Of a stretch of DNA of 64,000 nt, positions 38,613 to 48,700 are shown piece after piece. Both the position numbers and the translations under genes were made by a program. Below the pieces are notes generated by a model. That model did not search any database. It was given only the letters and a program-made list of their open reading frames with translations, and was not told the origin of the DNA. Where the stretch lies: assembly GCA_042091695.1 (NCBI GenBank), contig JBELHA010000002.1, forward strand, positions 18,260 through 82,259, written 5' to 3'. Every line of letters begins with the position of its first letter. The first letter of the stretch is position 1. The stretch comes from Flavicella sp. Its GTDB lineage: Bacteria > Bacteroidota > Bacteroidia > Flavobacteriales > Flavobacteriaceae.

Positions 38613-40565
38613 ATGAAAAAATTTGCATTTAAAACTTTGGCTATCGTGTCGGTTTTCGCTTCAACTCTATTTGTTAGTTGTTCACAAAATGATGATGATG
38701 GTGGATCTGACATCGTAACTCCTGGACAAGAAGTTTTGTCAGGTGATTTAACAGTAAACACAACTTTAGACGCTTCTATTGCATACAGGTTAGAAGGTGC
38801 TTTACGTGTTCAAAATGGAGTAACACTTACAATTCCTGCTGGAACTACAATTACAGCTGATGCTGCTGCAGCTGGAGCTGATGCAACAGAAGTATATATT
38901 GCGATTTTGCAAGGTGCCAAGATAGATGTTCAAGGGGTTCCTTCAAACCCTGTAATTATGACTTCAACAGATGGTGAGCCAGGTGACTGGGGTGGTTTGA
39001 CAATTTGTGGTTATGCTTCCTCTACTGCAGGTACTGATGTAAAGGCAGAGGTTGGGAACTTTAACTATGGTGGTTCTAACGATTCAGATAATTCAGGTTC
39101 TATCAAGAACTTAGTTGTCAGAGGTACTGGTGCTCAGATTGATTCTGAATCTCAATACAATGGTATTTCTTTTTACTCTGTAGGTTCTGAAACAGTTGTT
39201 GAAAATATTGCTGTTATTGATGGTGCTGATGATGGAGTTGAGTTTTACGGAGGTTCAGTTTCTGTTAAAAACTTATACCTTGAAAATAACCAAGATGATT
39301 CAATTGATTGGACTGAAGGTTGGAACGGAACTGTTGAGAATGCATATGTTGCTCATACAATTGCTGGTTTTTCTACTGTAGTAGAGGGTGATAAAGATAA
39401 TAACAATCCTAAGTTTATCAACTTAACTGCTGTTTCTTCTGTTGGTGGTACTGCATTGCAATTCAAGAAAGAATCTGGTGCTACTATTACAGGATTGTCC
39501 CTGTCAGGTTATTCTAAGAATATCGATATGAAAGATGGTGGAGCCTTGTCTAATGTTCAGATTGCAGGAGAAGATGCTCAAGTTGGTTTTTCATATGCTG
39601 CTCCTGCTACTGTAGACCCATCTGACTGGGAATTTGTTACTGCAATTTCTACTGCTGTTGTTTTGAATGGTGATGTTGAATCAGATGTTACTTTAGATGC
39701 TGCTTTATCTTACAACCTTACAGGTGCTTATATTGTAAAGTCAGGTGCAACTTTGACAATTCCTGCAGGAACTAAGATTACTGCTGAAGCTGGTGGAACT
39801 GAAGTTTACATAGCTGTATTGCAAGGAGGTAAAATTGACATTCAAGGTACTGCTGATAATCCAGTTGTAATTTCTTCAGCTAATGGATCACCATCTGATT
39901 GGGGTGGATTGACTATCTGTGGATATGCTACTTCAACTGCTGGAGTTGATGTTAAAGCAGAAGTAGGTAACTTTAACTATGGTGGTTCTAACGATACTGA
40001 TGATTCAGGATCAATTAAATACTTAGTTATCAAAGGAACAGGAGCACAAATTGATTCAGAGTCTCAATACAATGGTATTTCTTTTTACTCTGTAGGTTCT
40101 GAAACAGTTGTTGAAAATATTGCAGTAATCGACGGAGCGGATGACGGTGTTGAGTTTTACGGTGGTTCAGTTTCTGTAAAGAATTTATATTTGGAAAACA
40201 ATAACGATGATTCAATCGACTGGACAGAAGGTTGGAATGGCGGTGTAGATAATGCCTATGTTTCTCATACAATTGCTGGGTTCTCTACAGTATTAGAAGG
40301 TGATAAAGATAACAATAATCCTACTTTTACGAATTTGACTGCTGTATCTACAGTAGGTGGAACTGCATTACAATTCAAAAAAGAGTCTGGTGCAACAATT
40401 ACAGGATTGTCCCTGTCAGGTTATTCTAAGAATATCGATATGAAAGACGGAGGTGCTTTGTCAAATGTAAAAATTGAAGGTGCTGATGCGGATACTTCTG
40501 CAGACTACGATGCTGCTGCTACTGTTGATGTTTCAACTTGGTCTTGGATCTCTGCTACTTTATAG
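38613..40565 (+). CDS. Outer-membrane lipoprotein made of two tandem ~300-aa acidic beta-helix-like domains
   Basis: Lipobox LFVSC; each half carries G.WGGLTICG, DDGVEFYGGSV and DDSIDWTEGW.G. Confidence 0.8.
   Translation: MKKFAFKTLAIVSVFASTLFVSCSQNDDDGGSDIVTPGQEVLSGDLTVNTTLDASIAYRLEGALRVQNGVTLTIPAGTTITADAAAAGADATEVYIAILQGAKIDVQGVPSNPVIMTSTDGEPGDWGGLTICGYASSTAGTDVKAEVGNFNYGGSNDSDNSGSIKNLVVRGTGAQIDSESQYNGISFYSVGSETVVENIAVIDGADDGVEFYGGSVSVKNLYLENNQDDSIDWTEGWNGTVENAYVAHTIAGFSTVVEGDKDNNNPKFINLTAVSSVGGTALQFKKESGATITGLSLSGYSKNIDMKDGGALSNVQIAGEDAQVGFSYAAPATVDPSDWEFVTAISTAVVLNGDVESDVTLDAALSYNLTGAYIVKSGATLTIPAGTKITAEAGGTEVYIAVLQGGKIDIQGTADNPVVISSANGSPSDWGGLTICGYATSTAGVDVKAEVGNFNYGGSNDTDDSGSIKYLVIKGTGAQIDSESQYNGISFYSVGSETVVENIAVIDGADDGVEFYGGSVSVKNLYLENNNDDSIDWTEGWNGGVDNAYVSHTIAGFSTVLEGDKDNNNPTFTNLTAVSTVGGTALQFKKESGATITGLSLSGYSKNIDMKDGGALSNVKIEGADADTSADYDAAATVDVSTWSWISATL
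38730..40520 (+). repeat. Intragenic tandem duplication, 912-bp offset (outer bounds approximate)
   Basis: Identical tracts 39150-39211 = 40062-40123 (62 bp) and 39486-39535 = 40398-40447 (50 bp). Confidence 0.92.
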
Positions 40566-40588
40566 TACAAAAACATATAAATTATAGT

Positions 40589-40618
40589 AAAGGTCACCTT
40601 CGGGTGACCTTTTTTTTT
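40589..40618 (+). terminator. Rho-independent terminator with C(UUCG)G tetraloop
   Basis: AAAGGTCACC-TTCG-GGTGACCTTT followed by a T run. Confidence 0.93.
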
Positions 40619-40932
40619 GCTTTAGTGTAACCAGTAAATAACATACAAGAGAATTATAAATTGTATTTATTATGTGTATATAGGGATATTCAGAATTTTT
40701 AAAATTCAAGTTTAGCTATTCTCAATCGTTTATTAATTCTCTTATTTATTTGTCACTAAAGACTGTGTTTTGTCATTTTTTTTGTTGCTTTAGTGGTTTT
40801 TCGTTTGGTTATTAGCGGTTTAGCTTCGTGTTGGTACTATCTGTGTTATTATTTGAGCTATTTATAGCTCAACTTAGGGTGTTGATTTAGTTTTTTTGTA
40901 ATTCAAATATTTTTTAATTCAAGAAAACTCTT

Positions 40933-43900
40933 ATGAATAAAATTTCACTACTTAGTTTGTTGGGCTTTTTTCTGTTTACTTTGTCAGTAAATAGTCAAAC
41001 ACTTCCACAAGATTTAGAATTGACCTGTACTACAGGATATACCCAAACTGGTGTTTTTGAAGATGATTTCGAATACCTATCTGGAGATGCAATTAAAGCC
41101 GCAGGTTGGTCGGGAGACATCAGTCAAAAAAACGCTCCTTATAGACCAGGTAATGGTAAATGGGGTATATCTTTTGGTGCCCATCCAAATACATCATATA
41201 AAGAAAGTGCTACTGCAGGAACTGGGCCAGATGAGTCCTATGATGGAAACTATTTCTTGATGTTCGAGGCTAATGGTAGTAATAATGAAGCAGAAATTAT
41301 AAGTCCATCAATTGATTTATCATCCGCGTCTTTTGTGGATTCAGATGCTTTATTGGAGTTCAAAATGTTTGCCTTTGGTAGAGATATGGGGAAGCTTGAG
41401 GTGTTTGCCTCTAATAATAAAAACAGTTTCACAGGGGATGCTTTGTTTGTCCATGAAGGTGCCCACCAACAAACAAGTACTGTGGCATCATCCCCTTGGG
41501 TGAATGTTCGCGTAAGCTTGAAAGATTTTGTGGGAGGGTCAGTGTTTATTAAATTAAAATATAATGCTCTCGAGGCTGATACGGCCAATCTTGGAGATAT
41601 GTGTATAGATGGACTAAAAGTATTAGCTTGTGTCGATACTACAGTTTGTTTGGCTGGACCAGTTTCGTTTGAAAATGAAACTATCTCTTCAGTTGATGTG
41701 ACTTATTATCCAAGAGTTGGTGAGACAAAATGGGAGTACTTGCATCAAAAAGCAGGTTTGCCTGCACCTCTAGAAAGTGATTCAGGTATTGTTGAGGATG
41801 GTGTATATGATATTACGATTCAGAACTTAGACCATACTACTTCATACGATGTGTATCTTCGTTCTTATTGTGAATCTATTGGAACGGTTAGTGATTGGAG
41901 TTCTCCGCAATCATTTACAACTCCTATTTCTTATACCAACACTGTAACATGTGGAGAAGATTATAGATCTAGTTTCTGTTACAGTACAATAAATACCGAT
42001 GATGCAAAAACAGAAACCTATACTTTCGTTTCTAGTGATGCTGCTAATGGTGGTGCTATAAGTCTTTTTATCAATGAAGGAAGGTTGGCTGATAATTCTT
42101 TTACAAATAATGACCCAGTGATTCTTGTTACGGATGGTAATGGTACAGTTTTGTATAATGGTAATGGGGTAAGAGAAAGAAAGTATTATTCGCTTAAGGG
42201 GATGTCTTTTTATTCCTCTACAGGTACGATTACATTTCAATTAGAAAATTTAGACACAGATGCTTCTTGTGCAAATAATGATGATTTTGATCAGTTGAAG
42301 CCTATAGATTATACGATTAAATGTTTGGCTTGCGATGCGCCTCCAGTAGTGGATTATAAGTTACACTTCCCGGAAGATTGTGTTACATCTAGCGAATATT
42401 ATGTAGATGTAGAAGTGAAAAATATGAACGGTGCTTCTAATATTTACTTTACCAACGATTACAATAATGTTTCAAAGGAGAGTAGTTCTTTAGGTGTTAC
42501 AAGGGTAGGACCGTTTCCTTTCAATAAGGAGGTAGAAGTATATGTTGCATCTAACAGTGTCGATTCAGGTTGTGTTACACAGCGTATGTTCAATATAGAT
42601 ACCTGTCCTCCATCAAATGATGACATTGAAAATGCTATAGAGTTATCAATATCGCCTTATGGTTCAACTTCATCAGAAATCGATTGGAAATATGCTTCGC
42701 TAGAACATGCAACTGCTTCTGAGGGGGCTTCAATTCCAGTTCCTTCTTGTAACGCAGTTGGGGCTACCAATGATATTTGGTTTAAGATTACGGCACAACA
42801 CCCATTGTATACTTTTGCTCCTTATGTAAGACAAAATTCGAAAGAGGGTATGTATGGAAGTGCTAAAGATTATATTGACCATGTCATGTACGAAAAACTT
42901 CCTGATGGTAGTTTAAAAGAGTTGTTTTGTTACCAAAGTTTTTCTGACTTTGCAACTACAACACCTAGTACAGTAACTCCTGTATTGACAATTGGGCATG
43001 AATATTATTTCAGGGTGTTTTCTCAATCTGATGATTTCACTGATGTAGATATGCGTTTTACCTTATTTGATGCATCTTCGAAATTGCCAGGTACCTGTAA
43101 TGGGGGCGAAGCTCTTTGTTTTGATGCTGAAGGTGTTGCCTACTCAACTCCTATGATCAATTTCCCAAACCGATTGGTACCGAATACTAGCTGTTCACTC
43201 GAATGGATGGCCAATACATCATGGCCTACTTTTGAGGTTGCTGAAGACGGAGTGCTTGAATTTGACTTAGAAATGGTCAATATTGCAACGGATCCAATTG
43301 ATGTTGCTTTGTATGGTCCTTTTACAGATCAAGATGAATATTGTTCTGAAATCTACCAACACAGAGCTATCGACTGTTCTGACAGTTCAGCAGCTGTGGA
43401 TAGATTATCCGTACCCAATGCAAAAAAAGGAGAAAAGTATGCCTTCTTAATTGTAAACCGTAGTGGTGAAAGTGAATTATTGAAATTTACTCAGACCAAT
43501 ATGGGTGAAGATGGCGCGGCTACATTGGCAGGTTTTAGTCCAAATGTACCTCAGATTTCTCCAGACCCTGTTTGTTCATCGAACAGTACTGAAATGGTTG
43601 CTTTGTCTGACTATGATGCCTCTTTAAAAGATGGAGTGGATTCTTATACTGTAAGTTACTATGCTACAGAAGCGCTAGAAACAGAAATAACAGAGGTTCA
43701 AGTAAATGAAGGAACAGCAACAAAGGTATATGCTCAAGTAATTAGTGAATATGGTTGTACTTCTTCTACATCATTTGATTTGTATATGACGACACCTCCG
43801 TTAGTTAATACGATAGTGCCTACAATTGATTGTTCAATTATGAATTTCGACCTTACGAGTTTAGTCGATGAAATTACAGGAGGTCAATCAGGATTAGAAG

Positions 43901-44886
43901 TTCAGTTTTTTGTAACTCAAGACGCTGCTGATTTAGGGGAAAACCCAATTGACACTAATTTTATAAATGAAGGAGTGTCTACCCAGGTATATGCTAGAGT
44001 ACAATTTAGTCAATACAATTATTGCTATGCAACTACTGCCGTTACTTTGGACTTTAAAGTAGCTCCGTTTGCTGAACTTACAGCAGATAAAGCGGTGTTT
44101 GAAGCTTGTGAAGCAGAACCGTTGACACTGTCTCTTGAGAATGCTAATTTTGAAGCTACAGCAGTTGGAATTACTTGGTACAAAGACGGATCAATTATTG
44201 AAAACGAGGACAGTACTTCTTTGATTGTAACTTCTTTTGGTTACTATAAAGCAAAAGTAACTAGTAATGAATCAGCTTGTGAGTTTGAGACCGAACAAGA
44301 ATTAGTGTCACTTAAAGATTGTGCCGCTCCTGTTGGACCTACTGCTCCTGGTGAATTACAGGTTACTGAGGTTTCTGATACTTCTGCAACTGCAACCTGG
44401 ACTGCTTCTACTGATGAAGATGGTGTGGCTGAATACAAACTCTATTTAAACGATGAGTTGGAGAGTACAATAACAGAACTTACTTATGCTCTAGAAGGTT
44501 TGTCTGCGAATACTGCTTACACTTTTAAAGTAGTTCCTTACGATGTCAATGGTACAGTAGGGACTTCCTCACAAGTGATTTTTATTACAGAGGCTGCGGA
44601 CGCTGGTGATGGTGACGGTGATGGTTCACTACCATCTGGTGTTACCAATAAAAATTATAACAATGATAAAATAGTGTCAAAAATAGTTACCCTAGCTAAT
44701 CCACTAAGAATAGATGCTAACGGAGTATCTCTAACTGTATTCAACAGAAATGGACAGACTATCATTTCAAGAAGTAACTATAACAACGATTGGAATGCTT
44801 CAGAGTTGTCCTCGGGAACCTATTTTTATGTGATTACCTACAGTGATAATACTACAAAAGCAGGTACCATATTTATTAAAAAGTAA
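40933..44886 (+). CDS. Large T9SS type B (CHU_C-like CTD) secreted adhesin-like protein with MAM, Fn3, CUB-like and Ig-like modules
   Basis: Signal peptide; MAM-like GPDESYDGNYFLMFEA...SPSIDL...MGKLEV...DMCID; Fn3 modules LDHTTSYDVYLRSYC and LSANTAYTFKV; PPSNDD..NAI.L; C-terminal VFNRNG...YNNDWN...LSSGTYFYVI; followed by porP/sprF. Confidence 0.8.
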   Translation: MNKISLLSLLGFFLFTLSVNSQTLPQDLELTCTTGYTQTGVFEDDFEYLSGDAIKAAGWSGDISQKNAPYRPGNGKWGISFGAHPNTSYKESATAGTGPDESYDGNYFLMFEANGSNNEAEIISPSIDLSSASFVDSDALLEFKMFAFGRDMGKLEVFASNNKNSFTGDALFVHEGAHQQTSTVASSPWVNVRVSLKDFVGGSVFIKLKYNALEADTANLGDMCIDGLKVLACVDTTVCLAGPVSFENETISSVDVTYYPRVGETKWEYLHQKAGLPAPLESDSGIVEDGVYDITIQNLDHTTSYDVYLRSYCESIGTVSDWSSPQSFTTPISYTNTVTCGEDYRSSFCYSTINTDDAKTETYTFVSSDAANGGAISLFINEGRLADNSFTNNDPVILVTDGNGTVLYNGNGVRERKYYSLKGMSFYSSTGTITFQLENLDTDASCANNDDFDQLKPIDYTIKCLACDAPPVVDYKLHFPEDCVTSSEYYVDVEVKNMNGASNIYFTNDYNNVSKESSSLGVTRVGPFPFNKEVEVYVASNSVDSGCVTQRMFNIDTCPPSNDDIENAIELSISPYGSTSSEIDWKYASLEHATASEGASIPVPSCNAVGATNDIWFKITAQHPLYTFAPYVRQNSKEGMYGSAKDYIDHVMYEKLPDGSLKELFCYQSFSDFATTTPSTVTPVLTIGHEYYFRVFSQSDDFTDVDMRFTLFDASSKLPGTCNGGEALCFDAEGVAYSTPMINFPNRLVPNTSCSLEWMANTSWPTFEVAEDGVLEFDLEMVNIATDPIDVALYGPFTDQDEYCSEIYQHRAIDCSDSSAAVDRLSVPNAKKGEKYAFLIVNRSGESELLKFTQTNMGEDGAATLAGFSPNVPQISPDPVCSSNSTEMVALSDYDASLKDGVDSYTVSYYATEALETEITEVQVNEGTATKVYAQVISEYGCTSSTSFDLYMTTPPLVNTIVPTIDCSIMNFDLTSLVDEITGGQSGLEVQFFVTQDAADLGENPIDTNFINEGVSTQVYARVQFSQYNYCYATTAVTLDFKVAPFAELTADKAVFEACEAEPLTLSLENANFEATAVGITWYKDGSIIENEDSTSLIVTSFGYYKAKVTSNESACEFETEQELVSLKDCAAPVGPTAPGELQVTEVSDTSATATWTASTDEDGVAEYKLYLNDELESTITELTYALEGLSANTAYTFKVVPYDVNGTVGTSSQVIFITEAADAGDGDGDGSLPSGVTNKNYNNDKIVSKIVTLANPLRIDANGVSLTVFNRNGQTIISRSNYNNDWNASELSSGTYFYVITYSDNTTKAGTIFIKK

Positions 44887-44895
44887 CATACTACA

Positions 44896-45774
44896 ATGAA
44901 GAATTTATATATTTTAATAGCACTTGTTTTTACGATAAAAACAAGTGCTCAAACAGAACCTCAGTACACACAATACATGTACAATATGAGTTTATTAAAC
45001 CCTGCTTATGCAGCCTCTAAAGACTATACTTCTTTGGGTTTCATTTACAGAAATCAATGGGCTGGATTAGAAGGAGCTCCTAAAACTATGAACTTATTTG
45101 GGCAAACTAAGTTTTCAAATAATTTAGGACTTGGCGGTTCTATTATTTCCGATCAAATTGGAACTGAAAACAAAACCTTTATTCAAGTAGATGCTTCATA
45201 TCCATTACAAATTGCGGAGAATCAATTTATCTCTTTAGGATTGAAAGCAGGACTAAGTATGCATTCTATAAACTTGTCAGATATAGATACTTCTTTAGGA
45301 AATACAAACGCAACTTCTCCTACTGTAGGTGTTGGTTTCTTGTATTATAGTTCAAGTTTTTATGTCGGTGCCTCTATTCCTAATGTTTTGGAAACGAAAC
45401 AAACGACAGATACTGGAGAAGAGATCACTATCGAGAACAAAGATTTCTATGCCATGGCAGGATATGTATTTGATTTGAATTCAGTTTTAAAGTTAAAACC
45501 AAATCTTTTAATTAGAGCTACTGGAGAAGATCCAATTACAATCAATATAGGAAGCAACGTTTTAATTCATAACAAGTATGAGTTTGGTATTGGATACAGA
45601 TTAGATGAATCCTTTTCAGGGTTATTTAATATACCTGTTACTTCTAACTTGCGTTTGGGGTATTCTTATGATTTCGTAACTACTTCTATTAGTGATTTTG
45701 CACCAGCATCTCACGAATTTGTTGTTTTGTATAATTTCAACACAACATCTGAGACAGTAAATAGATTTTTCTAA
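44896..45774 (+). CDS. Type IX secretion system membrane protein, PorP/SprF family
   Basis: AQTEPQYTQYMYN...NPAYA; YRNQW.GLEGAPKT; LRLGYSYD; SHEF...Y.F. Confidence 0.93.
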   Translation: MKNLYILIALVFTIKTSAQTEPQYTQYMYNMSLLNPAYAASKDYTSLGFIYRNQWAGLEGAPKTMNLFGQTKFSNNLGLGGSIISDQIGTENKTFIQVDASYPLQIAENQFISLGLKAGLSMHSINLSDIDTSLGNTNATSPTVGVGFLYYSSSFYVGASIPNVLETKQTTDTGEEITIENKDFYAMAGYVFDLNSVLKLKPNLLIRATGEDPITINIGSNVLIHNKYEFGIGYRLDESFSGLFNIPVTSNLRLGYSYDFVTTSISDFAPASHEFVVLYNFNTTSETVNRFF

Positions 45775-45798
45775 CAGTATTGCCTATAAATATTATAT

Positions 45799-48700
45799 AT
45801 GAGATTTAAATTTAATGTATTAATTATCACTGCAGTGTTTTTTTGCACTAGTAGTTTTGCACAGCAAAATTATTGGTCTAAAGACTTATCTGCAAAGACA
45901 TCTAAGGGAAGCAAAGCTTCCAATTTGGATGCCAATCATTTCGAACTATTCAAACTGAACTTACAGCAGTTTTCGCAGTCTATAGCAAATACGTCCAGTA
46001 GGAGTGCCAAAGGAACTTCTATTCAAAAGAATGCTTTCTTTCCTGACGAAAATGGGCTTATGCAAGAATTCTCTTTGCAAGAAGTTGCTACTTTGTCAGA
46101 TGAATTAGCTACCAAGTACCCAACTATTAAGACTTACTTAGGAAAAAGTACCAATGGAGATGGAACACGAATCCGTCTTACAGTAAGTCACTTGGGAGTG
46201 AATGCTATGATAACGTATTTAAATCGTCCCTCTACATTTTTAAACCCTAAAAATGTCGGTGCTATCAATGACTATATTGTTTTCAATAAAGCAGCAAAAC
46301 TAGAGGAAGAAATTCCTTTCGTTTGTAAAGAAATTGAATCACATTTGTCGGGAGAGCACAAACATAAGTCAGAAGATGTGTACACACATGAATCATCTGC
46401 ACACAAACAAAATTCAGAACAGCAATCACTTACATCACATGCTTCAGAAAACAATGCATTAGAAGGTAAGTTAGTTGAATTGAGAATTGCTATTGCTGCG
46501 ACTGGTGAATATACAAAAAGATGGAGTGATAATGTAGGTGATCGAAGAGACGATGCGTATGCCCAAATTGTTACATCTGTTAACAGACTCAATGAATTGT
46601 ATGAAACAGATCTAGGAATTACATTTCGTTTGATATCTGATAAAAGTATTGTATTCGACAATCCTATTTCAGACCCTTTTGATTCCGATCTTAATTTGGG
46701 GGCTGATCTACAAGAGTTGATGGATGCAACCTATGATTCTGATGATTATGATCTCGGACATTTGTATCATAAAGATGTTCCTAACGGAAACGCTGGATGT
46801 ATCGGTTGTGTTGGAGATAATGGAAAAGCAAGTGCTTTCTCAGCACATAGTTTTACAGGGTCAAACTTTGATACAGACACTTTTGATATTGATTATGTGT
46901 CACATGAAATTGGACACCAATTAGGAGGTCACCATACTTGGGCTTTCGCTCCTGAAGGAACATTTAATAAAGTACAGTTTGAACCAGGTTCAGGGTCTAC
47001 TATTATGGGATATGCTGGTATTACAGGTCCAGATGATGTACAAGGCGACTCAGATCCTTATTTTCATTATGGAAGTATTCGCGAAATAAAAGCCAATATT
47101 GGTGCTAAAGTTGCTAAGTTCACTACTTTTGACAATCCTAATATAGCTCCCGTTGTTGAGGCAGGAGATGATTATAGCATTCCTATAGCTACACCTTTTG
47201 TGTTAACGGGTGCTGCAACAGATGAAAATACAAATGATATTCTTACTTATGCTTGGGAACAAATTGATTTAGGAGTGTCTCATGCAGATAACTTTTCACC
47301 CTTGAAATATTCAGGTCCTGTCTTTCGTTCGCATTTACCAACCACTTCAAACAAAAGATATTTGCCAAATGTTGAAAGAGTAATTCAGAACGAATTACTG
47401 GAGTCAAATCCTATTCTGACTTTTGACAATACATCATGGGAAACACTCTCTAATTTTCCAAGGTCGTATAAATTTGCACTTACGGTTAGAGATAGAAGTT
47501 TTGATGATATAGCTTCTGGAATTGGCCGTGTTTCTTACGATTCTATTCAAGTTAATGTTATAGATACAGACGGTCCTTTCGCTGTAAAGTCTCAAGCTTC
47601 AGAGCTCACGATGGCCGAGGGAAGTATTCATACGATTAAATGGGATGTGGTAGGTACTGATAAAGCACCTATCAATGTGAGTAAAGTAAATATTTTATTG
47701 TCTACTGACGGTGGTTATAATTACGACCATGTTTTAGCAGAAAATGTTGATAACGACGGAACTCATGAGGTTTTTATACCTGTTTCAGAGGCAGAAAACA
47801 CCACTGAAACTACCAACGCTAGAATCAAGGTTGAAGCTGTTGGTAATGTTTTTTATGCGATTAATCAGTCCCCATTAACTATTGAAAAATCAGATTTTAT
47901 TTTTGTTCCTGATTCAGCCATCAATCAAGTTTGTTTAGCAGAACCATTTAAAGAAGCAGTTTATAATTTTAAATACATACCTAATGATGGTTTTTCTGAC
48001 GAGGTTGTTTTTGATTATGAAAACCGACCAGATGGCGCTCAAATCATCTTTGATCCTACAAGCGCAATTGAAGCTACAGATGTTTCTGTGATCGTAAAGT
48101 TACGTCCTTCTTTTCCAACTAAATCGTACAATTTTGACGTGACTGCTACTTCAAATATTGATACATCAAAAAAATACACGCAGAATTTGAGTTTGAAAGC
48201 GTATGATTCAGAAATTGAACCAATACAATTGTCTTCTCCTGCAAATAACACTTTAGGAGTAAACATCAATACGTATATGACTTGGGTTACCGACGCAAAT
48301 GTTGAAAACTATTTTGTAGAGGTTTCAGAAGATGCTGATTTTACTTCTGTGGTTAGTAGTGGTTCTGTGTCTGTACCTCCATACAAGGCTGAGAACTTAG
48401 TCTCTTTAGAAACCTACTATTGGAGAGTTTCAGCTAGCAATGAATGTTCAGGTACATCTTCTGTTTCTGAGGTGTTTTCTTTTTCAGTTCAAAATATTGC
48501 ATGCAATGTATTTAAAACAGATGTTGACCCTATACCAATTCCAGATCGTGTAATTGAGTTTTTTATTGGAGACCATGCGGTTACAGCCGATGTTGGTTCT
48601 CCTCAAACAATTTCTGAAAAAGATGCTGTAATCATTGAAGATTTAAATGTTACGGTCAATATAGAGCATACTGAATCAACGGATTTATATATAATGCTTG

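Noticed and set aside
38613-40565. Direct repeats considered as a CRISPR array or IS ends
   Set aside because: The repeats are in-frame, protein-coding and 912 bp apart; no spacer periodicity, cas gene or transposase.
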